From the NCBI RefSeq assembly GCF_009914755.1, contig NC_060929.1: 64,000 bases of DNA. One strand, given 5' to 3'. The notes below the pieces were generated by a model that made no database searches, had not been told where the DNA came from, and saw nothing but the letters and a program-made list of their open reading frames with translations. The stretch's first letter is position 1. The number at the start of each line of letters is the position of its first letter. The translations under genes were made by a program, and so were the position numbers. The DNA comes from the human T2T-CHM13v2.0 reference genome, Homo sapiens. Of this stretch, positions 44,963 to 60,944 are shown in pieces.

Positions 44963-45188
44963 TACAGTTGGCCCTGGAACAGCATGTGTTTGAACTGTGC
45001 TGGTCTGCTTATTCATGGAATAAACATGAATTGAAAATACGGAATTCGTGGGTCCCACATATACTGATAGCCAACTTTTCATTTACATGGATTCTGCAGA
45101 GCCAACTGTGGGACTTGAGTATGTGAAGATTTTGGTATACGAGGGGGTTCCTGGAACCAGTCACCGCGTATGACAAGGGGCAACAGTA
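44963..45188 (+). mobile_element. MER8-like Tigger MITE
   Basis: tacagttggccctgg ... aagggggcaacagta; homologous to the 11082 copy. Confidence 0.75.
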
Positions 45189-46671
45189 CTTCTAAGTATT
45201 TATTAATATTTTAAAGCACTGTTTGCTCCTTTTTTTCTGGTTATCTAAAACATAGCATGGAAGCTATACCTAACTTAGTCACAAGGCAAAATACGTGTTT
45301 GTCTTGAGTTAACATTTCTGTTCACACTTAGTATTGTGGGGAATTTTGATGAATTTATCATACCTTAAACCATCTTTTATTAAAAACTAGGGGGGAGGCA
45401 GAACAAGATGGCCAAATATACCCTCCAGTGATTGTCCCACTCCCCACAGGAACACCAAATTATAAACTAGCCATGCAAGAATGCACCTTCATAAGAACCA
45501 AAAAATTAGTCCACCAAGGTGGTGCCTCTAGGAGTCAGCAAGAGTTTGTAGCATTCCTGGACTTAGGGCGCCCCCTAGTGCTAATACAGCTGCAGTGACC
45601 TCAGGCTTAGATCATAACACTTAGTCTTTTTTGAATATGTGGAAAGCTTTCTCAAGAAGGATGGATACAAACAAGCCCAAACGGTGAAGACTGAAATAAA
45701 TACCTAACTTGTAAATACCCAGACATCAGTGAATGTCTACAAGCATCAAGAACATCCAGAAAAATGTGACCTCACCAAACAAACTAAATAAGGTACCAGT
45801 TACCAATCCTGGAGTGATGGAGATATGTGACCTTTCAGACAGAGAATTCAAAATAGCTGTCCTGAGGAAGCTCAAGAACTTCAGTGTAACATGGAGAAGG
45901 AATCAGAATTGTATCATGAGAAATTAACAAGGAGATTGAAATAATTCAAAACAAGCCAAAATTCTGGAACTGAAAAATTCAGTTGACAAACTGAAATATA
46001 TATCAAAGCCTCTCAACAGCAAAGTGGATCAAGTAGAAGAATTAGTGAGCTTGAAAACTGGCTATGTGAAAATCCATAGCCAGAGGAGAAAGAGAGGAAA
46101 AGAATGAAACACACTTACAGGACTAAAGAGACCTGAGAGAGGAGCTTGAACAAACTTCCCAGGTAGCACTTTTCATCTTTTTAGCCCACTCCTTTCTTCG
46201 TTTTTCTTTAAGAACTTTGGGACCTACGTAGTTAATAAGGGGAAGGGAAAATGTTAAAAAAAAAAAAAAATCTTAAAAATAGCCTCAAAGGGACAAATCC
46301 AAGAATTAGTGCTCTTAAAGAGAACATAGATCATGGTAGAAAGTTTATTGAAATAAGCAATAACAGAACTTTCCAAACCTAAAGAAAGATACGAATATGC
46401 ATAGGTCATAGAAGAATATGAAGATTTAACCCAAATAAGACTATCTCAAGGCATATATTAATTAAACTCTCAAAGGTCAAGGATAAACAAAGATCCTTAA
46501 AGCACCCAGAGAATAGATGTATATAACATGTAAAGAAGCTCTGATACAACTGGCAGCTGACATCTAAGCAGAAAGCTTATAGGCTAGGAGAGAGTGTGAT
46601 GGCATTCAAAGTGTTGAAGGAAAAACAAAACTTCCAACCTAGAATATTCTATTCAGCAAAATTATCCTTCA

Positions 46672-46967
<296 letters not shown>

Positions 46968-47154
46968 TCAAACATGAAGACATAATATACTTTACTAAAC
47001 AGAAACTGAGGGATTCATGAATTACCAGTATCATGGAATTTTTCTGTCCTTATAGGACAGGATAGGAAAAAGATCTTACAGATCTTTTACAGGAAATGCT
47101 AAAAGGAGTTCATCAATCTGATAGAAAAAGACGTTAAAAATAAGAAATCATCTG

Positions 47155-48904
<1,750 letters not shown>

Positions 48905-49314
48905 TCATCTGAATGTGTAAAACTCACTGGTAATAGCAAGTACACAGATAAATACATAATACTCTAACACTGTCATTGTGGTGTACAAACCTCTTATATA
49001 TTTCATAAGAAGACTAAAAGGCAAACCTGTCAGAAATAATAACTACAACAACTTTTTACGAGTATAGAAACATAAAAATAGAGACAACAAAAAGTCAAAA
49101 CATGGATGGGGGGAAATGGAGTTAAAATGTAGAGTTTTTAAAATTTTCTTTTTATTTTCTTTGTAATCAGAGTTAAGTTGTCATCAATTTAAAATAATTG
49201 TAATAAAATGTTATTTGTAAGCCTTATGGTAATCACAAAACAAAAACCTGTAACAGATACACAAAAAATAAAAAGAAATTAAAACATACTACCAGAGAGA
49301 ATTACATATGTGTA

Positions 49315-49577
49315 GTATTTGAGATAGGGTCTTGCTCTTCACCCATGTTAGAGTGAAGTGGCGTGATCACTTTTCACTGTAGCCTCGACTCCCAAGTGAT
49401 TCTCGCACTTCAGCTTCCTGAGTAGCTGGGACTACAAGCACAAGCCACCAGACCCAAGTAATTATTTTTTGTAGAGACAGGATCTCACTGTGTAGCCCAG
49501 GCTGGTTTCAAAACTCCTTGGCTCATGTGATCCTCCTGTCTCAGACTCCCGAAGTGCTGGGGACCATCATGCCCAGG
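49315..49577 (-). mobile_element. Alu (AluJ-like) inside the L1
   Basis: Diverged antisense Alu. Confidence 0.82.
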
Positions 49578-52500
49578 CAGAAAATCACTTTGCCACAAAG
49601 GAAGATAGGTCAGGAAGGAAGGAAGGGAGGACAAAATAATGGAAACCTCAGAAAACAAATGCCAAAATAGCAGAAGCAAGTCTTTACCTATCAGTAATAA
49701 CGTGAATGCAAATGAGCTGAATTCTTGCAACAAAACACTTAGAGTTGCTAAATGGATTAAAAAATAAGATCCAACTCTATACTCTCTACATATGATCATT
49801 TCAATTGATGGAGAAAAAGCATTTGATAAAATTAAACATCCCTTCATGATAAAATCTCTCAAAAAACTGGGTATGGAATGAACTTACCTCTATGTGATAA
49901 AACCCACAGCTATATGACAAACCCACAGCTAACATTATACTGAACAGGGAAAAGGTGAAAATATTTCCTCTAAGAATTGGAACAAGACAAGGATGTCTAC
50001 TTTCATCTCTTTTATTCAACATAATACTGGAAATTATAGCCAGAGAAATTAGGGAAGAGAAAGAAATAAAGGGCATCCAAATTGAAAAAAAAGGAGTTAC
50101 ATTATTCTTGTTTATAGATGATATGATCTTACAGTTAGAAAATCCTAGAGTCTTTACCACAAAACTATTAGAACAAGTTCAGTAAAGTTGCAGGATACAA
50201 TATTAACTTACAAAAATCCATAGCATTTCTATATGCGAACAGCAAACAATCTGAAAAAGAAACTAAAAAAAAAAAGTAATCCCATTTACAATAGCTACAA
50301 ATAAATTAAATACCTCGGAATTCACTTAAAGAAATGAAAGATCTCTTCTACAATGAAAACCATAAAATGCTGATGAAAAAAATTGAAGAGAACACACAAA
50401 AAAATGGAAAAATACTCCATTTTCATTGATTGAAAGAATCAGTATTGTTAAAATTGCCATACTACCCAAAGCCATCTACAGATTCAATGCAGTCAGAATA
50501 GCAAAGACATTCTTCACAGAAATAGAAAAAAAATACTAAAATTTATATGGAACCACAAAAAACTCAGAATAGCCATAGCCAGCCTGAGCAAAAACAACAA
50601 AACTGGAGGAATCACATTATTTGACTTCAAGTTGTACTGCTAAGCTATAGTAACCAAAACAGGATGGTACTGGCATCAAAATATAGACCAATGGAACAGA
50701 ATGCAGAATCCAGAAAAAAATATACACATTTGCAGTTAACTCATTTTCGACAAAGTTGACCAGAATGTCCACTGGGGATAGGACAGTGTCTTCAGTAAGT
50801 AGTGTTGGGAAAACTTGATATCTATATCCAGAATCAAATTAAGCCCCTATCTCTCTCCATATACATAATCAAAATGGATTAAATACTTAAATCTAAGACC
50901 TGAAGCTATGCAACTACTAAAAGAAAACATTGTAGAAACACTCCAGGATACTGGTCTGGGCAAAAATTTCTTGAGTAAGACCTCAGAAACCCAGGCAACC
51001 AAAGCAAAAATATACCAATGGGATCATATCAACCTAAAAAACTTCTGCACAGCAAAGGAAACAATACAGTGAAGAGACAGTCCACGGAATGGGAGAAGAT
51101 ATTTGTAAACTACCCATTTGACAAGGGACTAATAACCAGAATATATAAGAAGCTCAAACAGCTCTATAGGAAAAAAAAAATCTAATTAAAATATGGGCAA
51201 AAGATTTGAACAGATTTTTCTCAAAGGAAGACATACAAATGGCCAATAGGTATATGAAAATATGCTCAACGTCACCAATCATCAGAGAAATGCAAATCAA
51301 ATCTGTGATGAGATATCAACTCATCCAAGTTAAAATGGCTTTTATCAAGAAGACAAGCAATAAGAAATGTTTGTGAGGATGTGGAGAAAGGGAATACTGT
51401 TGGTGGGAATGTGAATTAGTAAAGCCACTATTGAGAACAAAATGGAGGTTCCTCAAAAAACTAAAAATAGAGCTACCATATGATCTTGCAATCCCACTGC
51501 TGGGTATATGTCCAAAAAAGAGGAAATCAGTATATTGAAGAGATATTTGCACTCATGTTTATTGCAGCACCACTTGGAATAGCCAGTATGGAAACAACCT
51601 AAGGGTCCATTAATGGATGGATAAAGAAAATGTGGTACCTATAGATAATGGTATATTATTCAGCTATAAAAATAATGAAATCCTGTCATTTGCAACAACA
51701 TGGATGGAACTGGAGGTCTTATGTTAAGTGAAATAAGCCAGGCAAGAAAGAAAGATTGCATGTTTTCACGTGTGGGAGCTTAAAAAAAAGATGAACTCTT
51801 AGAGCTTGAGCATAGAATACTTGTTACTGGAGGGAAGGGTTGCAAGGATGACGGGGATGAAGTGAGGATAGTTAGTGAGTATAGCAACACAGTTAGATAG
51901 AATAAATAAGATCCAGTATTTGGTAGCACAATAGGGTGACTATAGTTTACAATAATTTATTTTATATTTTGAAATAACTAAAAGTGAAATTAGAATGTTC
52001 CTAACACAAAGAAATGATAAATGTTTGAGGTGGTGAATACCCCAACTATTCCAGTTTGATTATTACACATTGTATGCCTGTATCAGAATTTCACGTGGAC
52101 CACAAAAATATATACAACTACTATGTACCCATGATGATTAAAAATAACATTTAAAAAAGATATAAAGTAATCATCATCTGAAACAAGAAACTTTTCTTGT
52201 CTAGAGGTAAAAAATTAACTTTCTAATTGAATTGCTGGCTTACTTTGCATATAAGCTACTTTCTAACTTAAATAACTTCATGTTTTACGATATCTGTGAT
52301 ATGAGTAATCTCACAGTTTTCAGAAGATGGTGGCATTCTTGAGTTACTTCTCAGTCTTTCTTGATATAATAATTTCACATCTAACTTTGAATTCTGTGGT
52401 GTGGTAGTGTGAAATGGTAAGTCTGTAAAATTTTGAAGAACTATAGCTTTTAATGCCATACGTATCATAAATGTTGGCACATGTTATTTACATAAACATG

Positions 52501-52638
52501 GATAATTAAAATCAAGTAAGTACATTATCCAAGTTTTCTTTTATGGTCTTTTAGTGAAAAAGTCCTCGATAATAATGTGGTGTCCTGATAATATAATAAG
52601 AATATGTGATATTTCTTGCAATCGTGTTTGTTTTATAG

Positions 52639-52793
52639 AATGTAATCTGATTGAAGGGGAAGATCATGTAGAAGTAAATGGGGAAGTTTTTCAAAAGCCA
52701 TTTGTAGAAAAGCCAGTCAGTGCAGAAGATCACAATGTTTACATTTATTACCCAACTTCTGCTGGTGGTGGAAGTCAAAGACTCTTTAGAAAG
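52639..52793 (+). CDS. PPIP5K2: PPIP5K2 exon 6, ATP-grasp ([33 protein letters not shown])
   Basis: ORF 52554..52808; 155 nt, phase 1-0. Confidence 0.96.
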
Positions 52794-53349
52794 GTAACAC
52801 CTTTGTAACTTTTGTATGAATACTCTTCTTTGTACATTGTCGTGTATTATTAAAAGCAATCAAGCATTTAATTACCGTTAAATATTGAACTCTTGAAAAT
52901 GTATCATTTAGAGGTAAATTTATGAAACTGATATACTTTGTTAGAAAAGCATGGCATCATTTTAGTTATTTAATGTTGTTAAGCAGAATTTCTGCCTGCA
53001 GAATGCCAGGAAAGATACTTGACTTTTCTTTTCCCTCCCATTTTGTACATCTGTCAAACTAGAAATTCACTTAAGCAGTAGCAGTCTTTTAGAATAATGG
53101 CCCAGAAAAATAACAGCTCATAGAAAAAGTAACACTAATAACTTTACGTACATGAAAGTATACTTAATTGTACTGAAATGCAAATTAAATTGAGATATAA
53201 TGACATTGTATTACTTTTTGGATTGACAAAGATAAAAAATATTGAGCTAGTTGAGAAATAAGCACAAGACCAAACATTGTTGGCAGAAATACAAAGCAAT
53301 GTAGCCTCTTAACAATATAATTTAGCAATGTATCAGAATGTAAAATGCA

Positions 53350-53820
53350 TATACATATAGAAATTGATGGCAATTCAAATTAAGAACACAGTGAGATACC
53401 ATTTTAACATCCATTAAAGTAGCAGATATTAAGAAGCCTAACAATAACAAGTGTAAACAAGGATGTAGAACAGTGAAAACTTACACATTGCTGATGAGAC
53501 CCTACATTGTTAAAATAGTTGATAAAGATTTTTCATTATCTTCACAAGTTGCATATGAGCACATTCTATTAATGAGCAGTTCCACTTTTATTATATACCT
53601 TAGAAACACTCATACATGTTTGCCGTTGGGACACATAAGAATGTTGAAAGCAACATTATTGTAATCACCAAAGCTTGGAAAACAACCTAAACATACATTG
53701 ATAGGAGAATGGATAAATTCTGGTGTATTTACACAATGGAAAATTCTAGAGTAGTAAAAATGAACAAGCTTGAGTTACATGCAGCAACCTGGATGAATCT
53801 TAAGAACATAATTCTTAATG
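53350..53820 (+). mobile_element. Ancient L1ME-like fragment (a similar one lies at about 62650-63000)
   Basis: ataggagaatggataaatt, atgcagcaacctggatgaatctt motifs. Confidence 0.65.
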
Positions 53821-54042
53821 TTCATTGTATTTCTATGTTCTCTAATATATAAGTTATGGTAACAATAGAGACTACTATAGTGCCAAGTATATAGTAAGTT
53901 TTGTTAAATATTTGTGGATTAAAAAATGTATTTGAAAATGTCTAAGATGGAAATAGATGGTAAATAAACTATTTGTCATTTTATCATAAAAATGAGGGAA
54001 ATAATTTGCTTTTTTATATCGATGGACATCTTTTGTTTTCAG

Positions 54043-54144
54043 ATTGGCAGTAGAAGTAGTGTTTATTCTCCAGAAAGCAATGTACGAAAAACAGGCTCAT
54101 ATATATATGAAGAGTTTATGCCCACAGATGGTACTGATGTTAAG
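54043..54144 (+). CDS. PPIP5K2: PPIP5K2 exon 7 (IGSRSS...[16 protein letters not shown])
   Basis: ORF 53992..54195; ttttcag| ... AAG|GTAGGA; 102 nt. Confidence 0.96.
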
Positions 54145-55263
54145 GTAGGATTGATTAAAATAGATTTTAGTTTTATATTTCAAGTTTACCAATGATATCA
54201 GAAAAAGTAGTTAATCTTTAGCTATATCTAACCTTTATTCTGGATCTCTTTCTTTTTGATTAGGGATTCCTCATGTTTTGTAACAACAACATCTTTAGCA
54301 GTCTGAAGCCTATGGACTCTTTTTTAAGAGTAGTGTTTTTAAATGCTTTAAACATGTAAGATTATGATGGAGACAAATTTTATTCAAATATAATAAAATA
54401 TTTAAAAACCAACTTTGTGTTACACATAATATGTCTTTAAAGGGGCATTAAATAATAAGATACCAGGGATAAAGGTCTAATAACCACCACAGTTTCCAAG
54501 CAGTGATTAGTGTAAGTGAGGTTTTGAGATCTGTGACAACTGTGATGTGATATAAAACATGTCTGTCATTTTAGTTGGTGACAAATAGGTCTTAATCGCT
54601 TTACCTTCAGCCATTCTCTCTCTAACCAGAATGTTTTCTAAAGTATAAATCTGAGTATGAATCCTTAAAAATTCTCTAGTGGATCCTTATTGACCACAGG
54701 ATAATAACCAGATTCATAATCCTGCCATACAAGATATTTCAGTCTGTCCTCTCTTTGTCTTATAAACCTCATTTCTTACAGTATAAACTACATCAGATAA
54801 CTTGCCAATACCTGAATACATCATGCTGTTCATGCCTCTTTCCTTTACTTTTCTTCTCTTACCTGCACTCAGATTATGCCCTCACCCTTTTAAAGATGTT
54901 CTTTTGGAAGGTTTTTTTTTTCCTGTAAGTTTTATAGTTATTTGCATCTCTCATTTGTTAAACTAAAACAATTTGAGGAGAGCGATCACATTGTATACAT
55001 CCTAGTATTCCCTCGTAATACTCAATATAATAGTTTTCTATAGAGAATGAAACTTCACTTTACCAATTTTGCTATATAATGATTACTTACAACCTTTCCC
55101 AATGAACTGAAAATTTGGGCATGTAAAATAGAAAGATGTGTCTACTAGCCTGGATTCTGAACTATTTTTTAGTAATTTTTTCATTGTATTTGTTGTCTGT
55201 TGGTTACACACACACACACACATACATATATATATTTATACATTTATTAAACATTTGTGAAAG

Positions 55264-55425
55264 GTTTATACAGTGGGTCCAGATTATGCCCATGCTGAAG
55301 CTCGAAAATCTCCAGCACTTGATGGCAAGGTGGAACGAGACAGTGAAGGAAAAGAAGTAAGATACCCTGTTATTCTCAATGCACGAGAGAAATTAATTGC
55401 TTGGAAAGTCTGCCTTGCTTTTAAG
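55264..55425 (+). CDS. PPIP5K2: PPIP5K2 exon 8 ([26 protein letters not shown]...CLAFK)
   Basis: Conserved HAEARKSP motif; weak acceptor gaaag|; donor AAG|GTAAGA; 162 nt. Confidence 0.94.
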
Positions 55426-55765
55426 GTAAGATGTTATACAGGCCTATAGATCCTTATAAAGGTAAATTCTAATTTTCTTTTTTGACTAAGACATTATTGG
55501 TGCTTATAATTGGAGAAGTAAACCGAGAAAGTAATTAATACATCTGAATGGTTCATGTACTTTTCAAGGGATTCTTGTGGTGCCAATATATTCTTTTGTA
55601 TTATATAAAAGAAAACCTGGTCAATTTATTCAGAAATTAAAAATAAAATAAAAATTCAGAAATGACTCAGCTGATCAGTGTTTTAGGGTTATTGTCTAGC
55701 ATACTTTTTGAAACTGGCTTTAAGTGTTACTTTCATAGAATTGGTAAGATTTTTTTGTTGAATGA

Positions 55766-56106
<341 letters not shown>

Positions 56107-56602
56107 AAAACCATTTCTTGAAAAAAACTTTTTTACTTCTGACATTTGACTAATTCTCTCAATCTATATTGTTAAGTTTCTTCCTAACTACTGTATAGTA
56201 AAGATTTAAATAGAAGTACTACAACCTTCCTTTAATGAAGGATAAAAATTTTACCTTCTTGAAATCTTAAAGACTAGTATATATTACTGGTTGTTAAATA
56301 ATAAATAATTATTTTGTGCCTTAATAATTTGAAGTGTCTTTCATGGAAGGAATGTTAGCCTGTAAATAAGTTTTAATAGCTTTATAGAAATCCTTTTATT
56401 ATGCCAGGATTCTGAAAGCTGTGACAAAAAATCACATTATACTAATACCTGATGATTGAACTTAAAATGTAGATCAGAAAGTTCTTAGAGCCTGAGTGGC
56501 AAATTCATGCCTTTTGGCCATTTTCTTCACCCAGATAAAGTAAATTTATTACAGGTGTTCACGAATATGTGGTATTAGGGGTTTAAAAGATCACAGGATT
56601 TC

Positions 56603-56897
56603 GACTGGGCGTGGTGGCTCACACCCATAATCCCAGCACTTTGGGGGTGCTGAGGTAGGTGGATCACTTGAGGCCAGAACTCCAGACCAGCCTAGCTAAC
56701 ATAGCAAAACCCTGTCTATACTAAAAATACAAAAATTAGCCTTGTGGTGGCTCACACCTGTAATCCCAGCTACTGCGGTGGCTGGGGCACAAGAATTCCT
56801 TGAACCTGGGAAGTGGAGGTTGCAGTGAGCCAACATTGTGCCACTGCACTCCAGCCTGGGTGACAGAGCGACACTACCTCTCAAAACCAAACAAAAC
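56603..56897 (+). mobile_element. Alu (AluJ/S-like)
   Basis: Sense dimer; near-TSD agatcaca(g/a)gatttc. Confidence 0.9.
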
Positions 56898-57363
56898 AGA
56901 TCACAAGATTTCCTCTGGAATATGTCCTCAAAACTATTCTCCACGTCCATCCTCCTTTTTTTTTTTTTTTTTTTTTTTATTAACATGGTGTAATTTCTGC
57001 TAGAGCCAATTTTTTTTTATCAGATCCTTTAAAAATTTTGCTTTTGTTTTTAAATTAAATGTTAATTGAAGAACTTTGTGATCAAATATATTATTTTTGG
57101 GCCTCTGTAGCCCCTTATGCGTTATTGTTCTACATCTACTTTATGATGAAAGACTTAAATAATCATATAGCCTCTATAATGTATTTTCAGAGTACTCAAG
57201 TTATAAATAAGTAATTTCTTTCATTTCTTATTATGAAGTAAACCACTATATAGTAATATACTTTTAAGCATTTATAAAATTTGATATGTTCTGATAGGAC
57301 TAGAAAACTGTGAATCTTAATAATTTAAATAAAACCTTAAAGTTTATAACTTATTTTAAATAG

Positions 57364-57485
57364 CAAACAGTTTGTGGCTTTGATTTGTTACGGGCCAATG
57401 GACAGTCCTATGTCTGTGATGTCAATGGCTTCAGTTTTGTGAAAAATTCCATGAAGTATTATGATGACTGTGCAAAAATACTTGG
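57364..57485 (+). CDS. PPIP5K2: PPIP5K2 exon 9, kinase catalytic segment ([10 protein letters not shown]...[15 protein letters not shown])
   Basis: ATP-grasp GFD and DVN motifs; 122 nt, phase 0-2. Confidence 0.96.
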
Positions 57486-58758
57486 GTAAGAATTTTTAAA
57501 TTTTTCTTTTTACCTTCATATACTAGTTATTCAGAAACCAAATAACTGTTAACATTAAATGATCAGGGTTTTTAAGCATTCTAGAGTAAAGATCAGTGTT
57601 CATAAAATGATACCCCCAGAGACTATGCCAGATCCTGAATTATACTTTGGCTTATCAAAGACAGATTAATTTATGATCAGTATAGATGAAAACCTTTAAC
57701 TTCATATGTTTACAAATACTATAACATGCTGATTATTAGTCAAAAGTTTATTTGTTAGAATACTTTATTCCTCAAATTTTTGCCATGTAGTTATAGTGGA
57801 AAAGGTTTTCTTCTACTTAATGGACAAAATTAACATTCATGAAATAAACAGAGTAAAATAGAAATATTTAGAATTCATGACTCTTTTGCATGACAATTCA
57901 TTCTACAAGCATATGTTACTTGATGATATTTTCATAAGATTATCAAGTGAATGTAAAAAAATTATTGTAGGTAGAAATGCCATTTTTATATTCTTCAACC
58001 TGTTTTCTTTATACCTTGATTCAGAAGACTAGCAAGGCAATAACTATTTTTAAGACATTTCCAGGTATATATGACAAATCCATAGGAAACTTACATTAAA
58101 AAATGTTCGATAATTGGAGCTAGCTTTTATACTGGTTAAGTATCCCTTATCCAAAATGCATGGGACCAGAAGTGTTTTGGATTTCAGATTTTCAGATTAA
58201 GAACATTTAACCCACAGTATGTTTCAAAGATTTACAAACTTACCCTTAAAGTGATGTAAGGGAGAGTTTACTAAATTTTAGCATAAATAAATGCTAAATT
58301 TAAACAAAGCCAAAAAGTAAACATTTTTCCATTTTTAACCCTATTAGTATAGTAGTGATTTGTTAAGATGAACACAATATTTAGAGTAGCATTATAGATG
58401 TTCAATAAAGTGATAAGAATTTATCAGTAGCCACACAGAAGAGACAATCTTGAATTTCAGAATGTATGTAGTTAGATGTGATGTAATTGTAGTGATTTCT
58501 TTGAATCCAATGTTGATTGATATTTTAAAACTAAAGTAAATAATCTCAAATTTGTGAAATCCCATTGATGTGTCTAATACATCAATTTGGAACTGCTGAT
58601 TTTTATTTTTTCTTGATCAGAATGGATTCTGTGGGTTATCTTTTATGTGATGTAATCACTAGATAGTTTAACTCTTATGATTCTCTCTCATCCTCATTAA
58701 GTACCCAGTTTTGTCTTAAAACGTACTAATTTTAAATCTTTTCTTTTTTGTCTTGAAG

Positions 58759-58860
58759 AAATATTGTAATGCGAGAACTTGCTCCACAATTTCATATTCC
58801 ATGGTCAATACCCTTAGAAGCTGAAGATATCCCAATTGTACCAACTACATCTGGAACTAT
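58759..58860 (+). CDS. PPIP5K2: PPIP5K2 exon 10 ([18 protein letters not shown]...PTTSGT)
   Basis: gaag| ... AT|GTAAGT; 102 nt, phase 2-2. Confidence 0.94.
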
Positions 58861-59958
58861 GTAAGTCTGAATTATTTTCATTTAGAAATTGAGTTTTCCT
58901 TGCCATCTGTGCTATTAGGATAAAAATTAAATTTCTGAATGATGATTAGACACTTTAGTGTGTATGATTTCATATGACTCAGCTTGAAGATAGAGGAGTA
59001 GATTATACGTATTTATAAGGGTCCACTAATTGTTACAAATAAACTACTGAAACATGCCTGGATAATTATAGAATTGTTTAATCAAGCCATAAAAATAAAA
59101 AAGGTACCAATAGGAATGTTACTTAAAGGTTCATAGTGGTCTTACAACTTTTGCTCTCTCAAGTCATATCTTGCATAATTATACCAGTATTGCCAAAATG
59201 TTTTATAACATTCTCTTACTGAAAATTATTCCTTTAAATTCATGTCAGTTGACTGAATGCTTTTTTTTCACAACTTAGATATTTATATTAACATGTTAAA
59301 TATCCTGAGATGTACTGATGATGGGGGGAACTAATTTTGTTTTTAATCAGCATTTTTCATACTGATTTAACACGCAAGTGTTAAATAAAATTTTTTTCAG
59401 GTAACTCAATTGATAATCCTGCAGGGTTATGTTCTGCAGTTCACACTTCAGCACACACTAGATTATACCTCTGAATTCTAGCATGCTTCTAAGATGATTT
59501 TATCTTCCAGTAATTTGAGTTGTAAATACTTGTTCTCCTTACATGGGCAAAACTTAGCAAATATATAAATATAGCAACCATCATGTAAAGTTTTATTTTG
59601 ATTTAATGAAGTCTCAGTCTGTAGTGACCTAATGCTATGGATCAGATATATAAGAAAGCTCAGAAATTGTAGTCCATCTACTTTTATCCCAGAGTTAATG
59701 TAGCCATTTCTAGAGAAGAAAAGGTTGTATTCTACTATATAGCTTAATATCACCTCCCTCCCCCAGCTTCTTAAGTTCTTTTTGAATTTTATTTCATAAA
59801 GTTAAAACTAGATTGTTATAAGTATTATTCTTCATGGGAAAGATCTTGAAGTGGTAAAAGATGGCTTTAAATAGATGACTAAATGTTCATATTAATCTGA
59901 ATTATACAACACAAATCGTTTTTAGAGAATTAAGAACATATATATTTTTTCATTTTAG

Positions 59959-60045
59959 GATGGAACTTAGATGTGTCATAGCTGTTATACGTCATGGGGA
60001 TCGAACACCAAAACAAAAAATGAAAATGGAAGTGAGACATCAGAA
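59959..60045 (+). CDS. PPIP5K2: PPIP5K2 exon 11, histidine acid phosphatase motif RHGDRTP (R388/H389)
   Basis: Translation [22 protein letters not shown]; 87 nt, phase 2-2. Confidence 0.96.
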
Positions 60046-60780
60046 GTATGTTTTCAGATGAATAATTTAACATGCATGATACAATTTTAAGATTTCTGAT
60101 AAGTGATCAACTCTTTTGATTAATACATCATATAGAAAAACTTTTATCTACTGTCTCTTGGCCATTTATATTTAAACCAGTGGGTGGGTACAAAATCCAT
60201 TTAAAATATGTTCATTAGCATCTAAAATTATTGTGGCAATATTCATAAATATCATCAGTCTGCCCTGGCTTTCATTTATTGTCATAAAGGTGTTCTATTT
60301 AATCTTTGCTTATCACTCTCTTGTATTGCATTCTGAGAGTGAGTAATCCCTCAGCCTTTTAGAAGAAAATTAGTAGAATGAAAGTTTCTGTTATTTCTAT
60401 CCAGTGTTTGGTTTGGAGATGATAAAATTTGAAAACCCTGAGCCATTAAGTATGTGTTGACACAAGTAATTTTCAATGTATATGCAATGACTTCAGAAAA
60501 TATATAATATTATGAACTATAATTGTATGTTTGGTTTCCGTGAAAAAACTTTGAAAAGTAGTATGGTGATTATTAGTTTGGTATCATTTAGGAAAGTACT
60601 AAGTTTTATCAATCAAAGTTGAGCAGCAACATGTACAGTGAAAGAGGAAACACAGTACTTGAAATCCTTAGATCCCAAGTTCTAGTCCCATAGCTTATCA
60701 TTTATTATTTGTTAGTTTAAACATATATTGGTAATGTTAATTATTGCAAGTGACTAACAGTGTTCTGTCTTTTTTATAAG

Positions 60781-60856
60781 ATTTTTTGATCTTTTTGAAA
60801 AGTGTGATGGATATAAATCAGGGAAATTAAAACTCAAAAAACCAAAACAGTTACAG
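60781..60856 (+). CDS. PPIP5K2: PPIP5K2 exon 12 ([25 protein letters not shown]), GC donor
   Basis: ataag| ... CAG|GCAAGT; 76 nt gives an in-frame join to exon 13. Confidence 0.92.
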
Positions 60857-60944
60857 GCAAGTGTATTTGCTTTCTTGTTTAATTTTAAATTTTTTAGTGG
60901 TGAAATTACATAAAAATTCAATTTTTTATTAATTTATTTTATAG

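Noticed and set aside
49955-50185. Reverse transcriptase ORF that might partner the GIN1 integrase
   Set aside because: Short, frameshifted L1 ORF2 remnant of an unrelated non-LTR element.
58130-58590. Short hairpins (aaattttagcat..atgctaaattt; ttgatgt..acatcaa) and a small TIR-bounded piece at about 58131-58215
   Set aside because: Expected in AT-rich DNA; the TIR piece looks like a truncated Tigger4/MER46 remnant. No support for a miRNA or snoRNA.
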